Origin: Kiritimatiellia bacterium
GTDB taxonomy: Bacteria; Verrucomicrobiota; Kiritimatiellia; RFP12; UBA1067
Assembly (NCBI GenBank): GCA_045627925.1
Contig: JAZQOS010000021.1
Location: 10,012 to 74,011, forward strand
Reading direction: 5' to 3'
Length of the DNA stretch: 64,000 bases
Below the pieces are notes generated by a model that saw only the letters and a program-made list of their open reading frames with translations, made no database searches and had not been told where the DNA came from. Made by a program: the position numbers and the translations under genes. This document shows, one piece after another, positions 41,074 through 48,890 of the stretch (positions within the stretch are counted from its first letter, which is position 1; each line of letters begins with the position of its first letter).

Positions 41074-44000
41074 TTACTTGAATATAACCTTCGTCTTCTT
41101 GGCCGGGCCGCGCCAGTTGAGGTAGTTGTTGCTTATATCCGCCGGCATTACCATGCGCTCCGCAGTATTGCCGTCTGGATCCACGGCGACCAATTTCACC
41201 GCCTTGCGCTTCAACGTTCCCGTCACCGGGCAGATGGCCGATTTAGGAATGTGAAGATCGTTTACCGAGAAGCGAATTTCGCCCGCCTCGCCGACGTCGT
41301 AGCGCATTGTCGCATCAAACTTGACCTTCGCGCTCTCCATAAGATTCACCATTCCCGCGACTCGCCCGCTTAACGGAGACGTCGATCCATTCGCCATCGT
41401 AAGCTCCGCATTCGGTCCGAGGATAACGAGCCCTTCATTCACCAGCGTTCCCGTCCAACGACCGTTAAGTTCAAGTACGCCGGTTCGATCCACCGTAAAG
41501 GTATGGTTCCACGATGCCGCCCACTCCGGCCAAGTCGTCGTACCGCTGAAAATGGGCTGGCCCGTCGGACATTGCCCCGTATAGATAAGCCGTGCATTGA
41601 CCGAAGAGTTTCCTTTAAGAAGGTATTCGTGGAAGGTTCCCATGCCCGTCGAAGAAAACCGCAAGTATTCGCCAATTCCCGACCACTCCGTCGTTTTCGT
41701 CTGGGTGATCTCGTAAACCACTTTCGCCCAACTCGCATTGTCGCCCGGTTCGATACCGATTTGCGCGGTACCTTCGAGATTCTTGAAGCGATAGGTGTAA
41801 GTCGGCGCTTCATACGACGAGCCGCTGCCATGGAACGGATAGAGAAGTTCCACATACGCCGCAAACGAAAGCGACTGCGACCAGGTGTTGTTCGGCGGGA
41901 AGATGCGATACTTGGTGCCGTTGTCGGACGCGAAGACGAGCTTGCCGTCGCCTTTGAGCCCGCCCCAATTCGACGCATTCCAGAAATTCAGGTTCCGCGA
42001 GAAGACGACGGCGAATTCCGAGCCGTCGTTGATCGTAATGCCCTGCGCAATATTCTTGGCGGGCGATGCGACTTCGGCAAGCGGATACTCCGTCCGCGCA
42101 CCCGTATCGAGGGTAACGGAGCCCGTTCCCGAAACCGCGTCAAGTCGCGGCAGAATATCGCCGACAACCACGAGTTTAACTCCATCTACGACGAGCGTCG
42201 AAGGCAACACGAAGTTCGATTCCGCAACCGCCTTAACGGTCAAGGTGCCAGATCCTTCAATCGTCAACTTCACCTTCGGCGCGGCATTAAGGGCAATCGT
42301 CGCATTGCCCGAGACCGTGAGCTTCGCCTCCTCGACCGAGTTCCAGTCCGGGATTGTCACGGACTCGTTCGCGATGTTCTTCCAATTGAGCGCGGCGAAA
42401 GAGGCCGTTCCGCCCGTTATTGCTGCGGAAAGTCCTCCCAAAGGACGCGAGCAAATCAGATGCGCGGCTTCGTCATAATAGATTTCCACCGCCGTATCGA
42501 CCGCTCCGCTCTCATTCACGGCAACGAATTCGAAGCCGCTCATCGGCGCATCATCCATGTGGAAAAGTTCATTCTTGTTCGCCTTAAGCAATGTATTGCG
42601 CAAATAAACAACGCCCTGCGACAAAGAACTGAAGCCCAGCGAACAATCAAGCGGATCTTCAATAGTGAGCACATCGCCCGCATGCATCACCATAGTCGCG
42701 TTCTTAACCGTCCTTATGGTCATGTTTGACGACGCGTGGATCGTCCCCACAACCTCCAAATCCCTAAGCGCGACTTCGCCCGTCAAGGCCGTAAAGTCAA
42801 CGTCAACAACCTCCAACGCGCCAACCTCATTCCCTTCCAGTACGAGATTGCCTTCACCCGTGAAAGCGACCAACTTAAGCGCAATCGGCGTATCGACCGA
42901 AAGCGTGGTGTCGCCCGCGATGGTCACGTTTGCGGACGCAGTCATATCGAGATCGGACTCGGACCACTTTTCCGTAAAGCCGTCCCAATCCGCCGTATCC
43001 CAAGCGGCGGTCGAGGTGGAGATCGTCCGTGTGTAAGGCCCTTTCCGGAGCCCGGTGGGCGCGGCCAGTTGCAAAGAGCCGTCTTCGCCGATGCGCAGGA
43101 CAACCTCCTTATCGAGCACCGTGAAGTCCGCGAGTTCCGCCGCCGTCCACCGATGGGCGTCGCCTCCAATAATCGTCATTGGCTCGTCCGAGAGGAATCT
43201 CTTGATTTCGGATGCGTCGATAAAGACCTCGCCCTCCCATGTGAGCGTTGTGCCCAGATGCCATGTCATCGAGACTGGGCATTCCTCCCAATCGTCAATG
43301 GCCGCTTTGAGAACCGCGCCGTCGCGCAGGACGATATTCGCCTCTGGCTCGCCCTCAAGACGGAACTTGCCGCCACGTTCGACGACCACATCCGGGCATG
43401 TCAAAACGTCCGAGCAACCAAAGTCGCCGGTGATGACGAGCTTATTGAGATTAAGCGGCAGCCAGAATTGCGTATCGCCGACAATCGCGAAAGCATCGGA
43501 GGTAATCGACGCCGCCTTGTCTTCCGTATAGCTATTATCGTAAAAGATATATTGCGTTTCGCTGTTGGCGAAAAACGAAGGCCCGAGTTTCAGTCCACCC
43601 AAAACCGGCACCACAAGGGGATTTTCCGGCTGATTCGGGAAGTAGTACTTCGCGCCAGCGGGAATCTCCTCGGCACTGAGTTCGTATATGTCCGGCAAAA
43701 GCGTAATGACTTCCGGATCGGCCAACTTGACATTATCCCCCAGCTCAATCGCACCCGCGATGGTGGAGCGGGAGAAATCGACCTTGGCGGGATTTGCCGC
43801 CGTCGCTTGGGGCGAGCGGAAGACCAGCTTGCCGCTGCCCGAATCCTTAAACTCCGCAACCATCGTAAAGGTCGTACCGGGGTCAAGCGTAATGGTCGTC
43901 GTTCCCTTGAGTCCGAAAACACCGCCGTCCGCCGACTCAAAGCGATTGCCGTCGCCGGTCGAGGTGATGACGAGCGAATCCAAAACGGCTTCGTTGGTGT

Positions 44001-46107
44001 ACCTGACCTTGAGCTTGGAACCATTCGCCAAGGTCATCGCGCCGGAAAGCGTCTGCCCATAACCCGAAAGCCCCCAATAGGGATTCTGCCCGACAATCAA
44101 ATCCGCATCATCAAGCGTAAGGCAAAGCGGCTCGGTAGCGCCATCGAACGGCTCCCACGTCTGCAGCTCCAGCGCCGTCGATTTAAGCGCGAGATTCGGA
44201 TAGTTCTTAAGCGCGCCTTTTTTCGCGCGGCTGCGGAGAATGTTCGGCGCACCCGAGCGGTTCGAGCCAATGAACGAAAGGGATTCGACATTCTGAAGAT
44301 TGTCCGCTTCGACAACCGCGCCTTCGCCCGTAAGCGCAAGTTCCTTCGCGTTCTTAAGCCCGCCCAAATAAAAGTAGGCGGGAGTGTTTAGGGTAAGAAT
44401 ATTCTTTTCGTTCGCTTCCGCGAACTCGATTCCCTTGCCGACGCCGCCCGGCGCGTTGAGAGTAAGCGCATACCCCGCAGGCGCGGCAAGCGTATTCATC
44501 ACGCGAAATTCGTGCTCGCTCGTGAGCGTGAAGTCGCCTTTCGCCGTCAATGTCGCCGACATCATCGCGACTGCTTGCGGAACCGCCAAACGCGCGGTCG
44601 AAATCGTCGCGTCCTTGACGACCTGCAAAGCGTTCCAAGTTTCGTCCGCAATCGTGACATCTTCCTCGTCCAGAATCCTGACGAGCGGATCGCCGTGGAA
44701 GATGGCGACGGCGTAGTTGCGCTGAACCATCCACGACGCATGGGCGAAGTGTTTGTTGTGCTGATCCAAGATTGCGTTCAACCACGCTTCGCCCGCGGTT
44801 TCATGGTTATGGGCGAAGTGTCGGTCAATGGCGGTCTTTAGGCCATTGCTCGCGTTATCCCCATCCACACCATAGCGCGTATTGTTGATGGAAGCCAAAA
44901 AGCCGGCGTTCGGGCTCATCAGCCCCGACGAGCCGAGGCACCAATGGAGATAGGTCTTGCCATTCGCCTTCTCGTAGTAGTCGATCATGCCCGTATCGCA
45001 AGGGACGCAGCCGTTGAGGAATTTAAGTAGTCCCTTGTGCGAAGTGTAAGCGCTCGCGCTGAAATAGGATCCGCCCATCGCCCAGCCATGCGAATAGACC
45101 CACGCATAATCCATATCGGAATTGAAGAAATCGTCCGAAACGCTCGAATAGTCCAAGCCGCGCGCGGTCTTCGCCGAATCGTTAAGCGTTTTGCATTGAA
45201 GAACCGGATGCTTGGCGGCGATATTCTTGAGATCGCGACGGCTCAACGCCTCTTCGTCGCCGTGCGTCTTCGCGGAGCGCGGATCGCCCATATTCGGCGC
45301 AAAGTCGTAGAATTCGAATTCCTGACGATCCATGTCATTGGCGTTGTTGGGCTGAGAACCGTTGACCCAACTGCCTTCCGCGCCGTACTTCGAACGTCCC
45401 GAGAAGTCGTCGGCCTCCGCGCGCTCAAGCTTGTGGAGATAGTTCGTGATCATCTCGTGCTGATTCAGCATCCGCCCGCTTGCGTCCTTGATCTCGGGAC
45501 GCGGAATGAACGAAAGCCGCGCGACCGCTACACTGGGAACTACATCCACCTGCTTTTCGCGGCACTCCTCTTCGTCCATGTACTGTCCGTTCGCATTTGC
45601 ATCCCAAGGATAAGTCCCCTTCTCTTTGAGACAGCCGTAAAACATGTCGGTCGCATAATTGCCGCCGAAGGTAGAGAGGAAGGGACAGAAAATTCCCGGG
45701 ATTGCATTGTCGAGCGTGACTTCCGTATCGTCATTGCGAAAGTAGACCGGATTCATCCCGCGAAAGTTCACCGCATCGTACCACGCGCCACCCAACACCA
45801 CGTACTTCAAATTGGGATGGTTCTTGTAGTATTGGCGAAGATATTTATGAATAGATTCCGCCGCATTGCGGCATTTCGACGTACCCTTCTGCCGATAATC
45901 GTAAGTTGCAATATCGTAGATTTCCGTCTTGGTATTGACGATGGCGAATTCGACTTCGGGATGGTTCTTTGCGCGCTCGCCGATATACCATGAAAGCGAA
46001 TCGTAAAGATCGTTGGGCGCGACCATGAGATAGATCGGCTTGTCGTCGGCCAATACGCTTGCGGCAAGGCCGCAAATCAATCCAATCGTGCAAAATGCTT
46101 TCCGCAT
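41074..46107 (-). CDS. Giant secreted peptidase C25-like protein with long beta-strand-repeat region (about 1677 aa)
   Basis: The track start at 46146 is TTG inside the promoter -35. I use ATG 46107-46105 (MRKAFCTIGLICGLAASVLADD signal peptide). C25-like core (KYVVLGGAWYDAVNF, DMFYGCL, VAVARLS), YSHGW His and GCVPCDTG Cys. No discoidin-like module seen. Ends GPAKKTKVIFK. Confidence 0.85.
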   Translation of the reverse strand: MRKAFCTIGLICGLAASVLADDKPIYLMVAPNDLYDSLSWYIGERAKNHPEVEFAIVNTKTEIYDIATYDYRQKGTSKCRNAAESIHKYLRQYYKNHPNLKYVVLGGAWYDAVNFRGMNPVYFRNDDTEVTLDNAIPGIFCPFLSTFGGNYATDMFYGCLKEKGTYPWDANANGQYMDEEECREKQVDVVPSVAVARLSFIPRPEIKDASGRMLNQHEMITNYLHKLERAEADDFSGRSKYGAEGSWVNGSQPNNANDMDRQEFEFYDFAPNMGDPRSAKTHGDEEALSRRDLKNIAAKHPVLQCKTLNDSAKTARGLDYSSVSDDFFNSDMDYAWVYSHGWAMGGSYFSASAYTSHKGLLKFLNGCVPCDTGMIDYYEKANGKTYLHWCLGSSGLMSPNAGFLASINNTRYGVDGDNASNGLKTAIDRHFAHNHETAGEAWLNAILDQHNKHFAHASWMVQRNYAVAIFHGDPLVRILDEEDVTIADETWNALQVVKDATISTARLAVPQAVAMMSATLTAKGDFTLTSEHEFRVMNTLAAPAGYALTLNAPGGVGKGIEFAEANEKNILTLNTPAYFYLGGLKNAKELALTGEGAVVEADNLQNVESLSFIGSNRSGAPNILRSRAKKGALKNYPNLALKSTALELQTWEPFDGATEPLCLTLDDADLIVGQNPYWGLSGYGQTLSGAMTLANGSKLKVRYTNEAVLDSLVITSTGDGNRFESADGGVFGLKGTTTITLDPGTTFTMVAEFKDSGSGKLVFRSPQATAANPAKVDFSRSTIAGAIELGDNVKLADPEVITLLPDIYELSAEEIPAGAKYYFPNQPENPLVVPVLGGLKLGPSFFANSETQYIFYDNSYTEDKAASITSDAFAIVGDTQFWLPLNLNKLVITGDFGCSDVLTCPDVVVERGGKFRLEGEPEANIVLRDGAVLKAAIDDWEECPVSMTWHLGTTLTWEGEVFIDASEIKRFLSDEPMTIIGGDAHRWTAAELADFTVLDKEVVLRIGEDGSLQLAAPTGLRKGPYTRTISTSTAAWDTADWDGFTEKWSESDLDMTASANVTIAGDTTLSVDTPIALKLVAFTGEGNLVLEGNEVGALEVVDVDFTALTGEVALRDLEVVGTIHASSNMTIRTVKNATMVMHAGDVLTIEDPLDCSLGFSSLSQGVVYLRNTLLKANKNELFHMDDAPMSGFEFVAVNESGAVDTAVEIYYDEAAHLICSRPLGGLSAAITGGTASFAALNWKNIANESVTIPDWNSVEEAKLTVSGNATIALNAAPKVKLTIEGSGTLTVKAVAESNFVLPSTLVVDGVKLVVVGDILPRLDAVSGTGSVTLDTGARTEYPLAEVASPAKNIAQGITINDGSEFAVVFSRNLNFWNASNWGGLKGDGKLVFASDNGTKYRIFPPNNTWSQSLSFAAYVELLYPFHGSGSSYEAPTYTYRFKNLEGTAQIGIEPGDNASWAKVVYEITQTKTTEWSGIGEYLRFSSTGMGTFHEYLLKGNSSVNARLIYTGQCPTGQPIFSGTTTWPEWAASWNHTFTVDRTGVLELNGRWTGTLVNEGLVILGPNAELTMANGSTSPLSGRVAGMVNLMESAKVKFDATMRYDVGEAGEIRFSVNDLHIPKSAICPVTGTLKRKAVKLVAVDPDGNTAERMVMPADISNNYLNWRGPAKKTKVIFK

Positions 46108-46117
46108 ATCCTCGGTT

Positions 46118-46146
46118 ATTCTACCATAGCCCTTGCCGATGTTCAA
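46118..46146 (-). promoter_or_regulatory. Sigma70-type promoter for the 1677-aa gene (TTGAAC-N17-TAGAAT)
   Basis: The reverse strand reads cTTGAACatcggcaagggctatggTAGAATaaccgaggatATG. Only 10 nt separate the -10 from the ATG. Confidence 0.5.
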
Positions 46147-46167
46147 GTCCGCGAATTATCTATGCGC

Positions 46168-46204
46168 AAAAAAGAGGAGTAGGGGCGACCCTACTCCTCT
46201 TTTC
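46168..46204 (-). terminator. Rho-independent terminator after the rubrerythrin gene
   Basis: Perfect 12-bp stem AGAGGAGTAGGG / CCCTACTCCTCT (46173-46184 / 46189-46200) with a GCGA loop. On the minus-strand transcript the stem is followed by UUUUUU (A run at 46168-46173 on the plus strand). Confidence 0.8.
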
Positions 46205-46223
46205 CTTTCTCTACCCAATCGGT

Positions 46224-46769
46224 TTACTTGAAGTAGCGATTGTAGAGGCCGGTGAAGCCGGCGCCGTGACGCGCTTCGTCCTTCGCCATCTCGTGGACGG
46301 TGTCGTGGATCGCGTCATAGCCGAGTTCCTTCGCGCGAGTAGCGATTGCAAGCTTGGCCGCGCAGGCGCCCGCTTCGGCGTCCTTGCGCATTTCGAGATT
46401 CTTCTTCGTCGAGTTCGTAACGACTTCGCCGAGCAGTTCCGCGAACTTGGAGGCGTGCTCCGCTTCCTCGAACGCATAGCGCTTGAACGCCTCGGCGATT
46501 TCGGGATAGCCCTCGCGGTCGGCCTGGCGCGACATCGCGAGGTACATCCCCACTTCGCAGCACTCGCCGTTGAAATGGTCCTTGAGGCCCTGCGTAACTT
46601 CCGCGTCCGGGACCTTGCCGTCGCCGATCACGTGCTCGCACGCATAACCCGCCTTGCCCGGCTCTTCCTTCTTGAACTTCGCGCCCGGAACTCCGCACTG
46701 AGGGCACTTCTCCGGAGCCGCATCGCCTTCATACACATACCCGCACACGGGGCAAACCCACTTCGCCAT
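46224..46769 (-). CDS. Reverse rubrerythrin (N-terminal rubredoxin-like domain, C-terminal di-iron ferritin-like domain)
   Basis: 181 aa. CPVCG...CPQCG rubredoxin-type site at the N-terminus, then two E...E-x-x-H di-iron motifs (EVGMYL...EEAEH; ...KDEARH). The domain order is reversed relative to classical rubrerythrin. Confidence 0.9.
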   Translation of the reverse strand: MAKWVCPVCGYVYEGDAAPEKCPQCGVPGAKFKKEEPGKAGYACEHVIGDGKVPDAEVTQGLKDHFNGECCEVGMYLAMSRQADREGYPEIAEAFKRYAFEEAEHASKFAELLGEVVTNSTKKNLEMRKDAEAGACAAKLAIATRAKELGYDAIHDTVHEMAKDEARHGAGFTGLYNRYFK

Positions 46770-46813
46770 TTTACTTTCCTTTCTTTTTGGTTGTTGTTTT
46801 ATTAATGGAATTG

Positions 46814-46822
46814 ATTATATCA
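46814..46822 (-). promoter_or_regulatory. Extended -10 element TGATATAAT for the rubrerythrin gene
   Basis: The reverse strand of 46814-46822 reads TGATATAAT, about 45 nt upstream of ATG 46769. The RBS AGGAAAG follows. Confidence 0.4.
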
Positions 46823-46878
46823 CAAGCACTTCATCCTCGCAAGGTCAATCGCGAGCACTCCCTCCTTTTTTCCACTTA

Positions 46879-46887
46879 TGATATAAT
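46879..46887 (+). promoter_or_regulatory. Extended -10 element TGATATAAT for the symporter gene
   Basis: The plus strand reads cttaTGATATAATacg, 29 nt upstream of GTG 46916. This is the same 9-mer as the divergent rubrerythrin promoter. Confidence 0.4.
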
Positions 46888-46915
46888 ACGCGCACTAAAA
46901 AAAGGAATCGCACCC

Positions 46916-48445
46916 GTGAAGCTTCTACTACTCTTCGCCTATTTCGCCGTCCTCCTCTACATCGGCTTTAAGTGTCGCCGCAGCGCCTCGTCGGTATCCG
47001 GCTTCGTCCTCGGCGGACGCTCGGTCGGCGCGTGGCTCACCGCCTTCGCCTACGGTACCAGCTACTTCTCGGCGGTGGTTTTCGTCGGCTACGCCGGCCA
47101 ATTCGGCTGGAAATACGGCATCGCCGCCACTTGGGCGGGCATCGGCAACGCGCTTATCGGCTCGCTGCTCGCTTGGACGGTGCTCGGTCGCCGTACACGA
47201 CTTCTGACCCAACACCTCGACTCTTCCACAATGCCGGAGTTCTTCGGCAAGCGCTTCGATTCGCGCGCCCTAAAGCTCGTCGCCTCGGCGATTATCTTCG
47301 TCTTTCTCGTCCCCTACACCGCCTCGCTCTACAACGGACTTTCGCGCCTCTTCGGGATGGCGTTTTCCATCGACTATTCGCTTTGCATCGTCCTCATGTC
47401 CGTACTTACCGCGATTTACGTAATCGCGGGCGGCTATCTCGCAACCGCGATTAACGACTTCATCCAGGGCATCATCATGCTGGTCGGGCTCGTCGCGGTA
47501 ATCGCGGCGGTAATCGCGTCCAAGGGCGGATTTATGGCGGCGCTCGATTCGCTCGCGCGAGTTAGCGACGGCGCGGTCGCTTCCACGCCCGGCGTTTTCG
47601 CGTCGTTCTTCGGGCCGGATCCCCTGAATCTCCTTTTCGTCGTGATCCTGACCTCGCTCGGAACTTGGGGTCTTCCGCAGATGATCCAGAAGTTCTACGC
47701 GATCAAGAACGAAGAGGCGATTCGCAAAGGCACGATCATCTCCACGCTCTTCGCGTTCGTAATCGCGGGCGGGTGCTACTTCCTCGGCGGCTTCGGCCGA
47801 CTTTTCGCGGACAAGGTAGACGTCGCGAAAGACGGCTTCGACGCGATTATTCCGGCGATGCTCTCGAACCTCGGCCCGGGACTGATCGCGCTTACCGTAA
47901 TTCTCGTTTTGTCGGCCTCGATGTCGACCCTCTCCTCGCTCGTCATTACCTCCAGCTCGACGCTGACGAGCGACTTTATCAAAGGTTCGCTTCTAAAGAA
48001 CCTGAAGCCGAAAGCCGAAGTTCTGACGATTCGCTTCTTCGTCGTCGTCTTCATCGCGATTTCGGCGGCGCTCGCGCTCGTTCAGCACAAAAGCTCAGTT
48101 ACCTTCATCGCGCAGCTGATGGGCATTTCGTGGGGCGCGCTCGCGGGCAGCTTCCTCGCGCCGTTCCTCTACTCGCTTTATTGGAAGGGCACGACCAAGG
48201 CCGCGTGCTGGGCGTCGTTCGTCTTCGGCTCGGGGCTGATGATCGTCGATATGCTCGCGCGCGAGTCGCTACCGAAAATCCTCCAGTCGCCGATTAACTG
48301 CGGCGCGATCGCAATGCTCGCCGGCTTCGCAATCGTGCCGCTCGTAAGCGCCTTTACTCGCGCACCCGACCGCCGATTCACCGATCGGCTGTTCGAGTGC
48401 TACGATAAGCCGCATCCAATCGCCGCCAAAACCGCGCTCGCTTAA
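46916..48445 (+). CDS. Sodium:solute symporter (SSS) family transporter
   Basis: I start at GTG 46916, with an AAGGAA RBS 7-8 nt upstream: VKLLLLFAYFAVLLYIGFKCRRS... This is a typical SSS N-terminus. About 13 TM segments. The upstream 43 aa of the track ORF are non-membrane and overlap the promoter. Confidence 0.85.
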   Translation: MKLLLLFAYFAVLLYIGFKCRRSASSVSGFVLGGRSVGAWLTAFAYGTSYFSAVVFVGYAGQFGWKYGIAATWAGIGNALIGSLLAWTVLGRRTRLLTQHLDSSTMPEFFGKRFDSRALKLVASAIIFVFLVPYTASLYNGLSRLFGMAFSIDYSLCIVLMSVLTAIYVIAGGYLATAINDFIQGIIMLVGLVAVIAAVIASKGGFMAALDSLARVSDGAVASTPGVFASFFGPDPLNLLFVVILTSLGTWGLPQMIQKFYAIKNEEAIRKGTIISTLFAFVIAGGCYFLGGFGRLFADKVDVAKDGFDAIIPAMLSNLGPGLIALTVILVLSASMSTLSSLVITSSSTLTSDFIKGSLLKNLKPKAEVLTIRFFVVVFIAISAALALVQHKSSVTFIAQLMGISWGALAGSFLAPFLYSLYWKGTTKAACWASFVFGSGLMIVDMLARESLPKILQSPINCGAIAMLAGFAIVPLVSAFTRAPDRRFTDRLFECYDKPHPIAAKTALA

Positions 48446-48837
48446 CGCTGCTCGTAGTGGCCGGGCTCCCAAACGCGAACGGTCTTGCCGTTGGCATCGA
48501 CCCTTTCGACGTAGCGCCCTTCGACCCATACTTGCTGGGGCTGCTGAATCACGGTTTCCTTGACGATCACCGGCTGAGTGACGACAGGTTGGGTAACAAC
48601 CGGCTGGGTCACGACGACATTAGGGGTAACCAAGGAATCGTAGACGATTCCGCCGACCACCCCGCCGACGAATCCCGGCCAGAAATACCTTCCGCCGCGT
48701 CCCCAGCCGCTATGATGGTAATGGTGGTGGATGGGCGCCGGACGGAAATGTCCTCTGCCGTGAAATCCACCGTGCGGACGCGCGAACGCTCCTACCGCCA
48801 TTACTGCCATCGCCACCGCGATTATTGCCTTTTTCAT
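48442..48837 (-). CDS. Small secreted His/Gly-rich protein with three VVTQP repeats
   Basis: 131 aa. Signal peptide MKKAIIAVAMAVMAVGAFA, HHHYHH, a Gly-zipper-like GFVGGVVGGIVY, VVTQPVVTQPVVTQP, and a C-terminal VWVEGRYV...VRVWEPGHYE. Converges on the symporter and overlaps its stop by 4 nt. Confidence 0.55.
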   Translation of the reverse strand: MKKAIIAVAMAVMAVGAFARPHGGFHGRGHFRPAPIHHHYHHSGWGRGGRYFWPGFVGGVVGGIVYDSLVTPNVVVTQPVVTQPVVTQPVIVKETVIQQPQQVWVEGRYVERVDANGKTVRVWEPGHYEQR

Positions 48838-48890
48838 CGTTTTTTCCTTTCTGCCTGATTTGGCTTACATCAGGTTAGGGAATTAACTCG

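Noticed and set aside
22253-46107. Diversity-generating retroelement, shufflon or invertase-driven phase variation of the giant paralogues.
   Set aside because: There is no reverse transcriptase, template/variable repeat pair, site-specific recombinase gene or inverted promoter cassette in the window. The only evidence for rearrangement is the static 35-nt gene-end remnant and short conserved tracts.
46795-46825. PerR/Fur-type operator upstream of the rubrerythrin gene.
   Set aside because: The segment is AT-rich (TTATTAATGGAATTGATTATAT), but it does not form a convincing 7-1-7 dyad matching TTATAATnATTATAA or a Fur box. The idea rests only on what is known about rubrerythrin regulation in other organisms.
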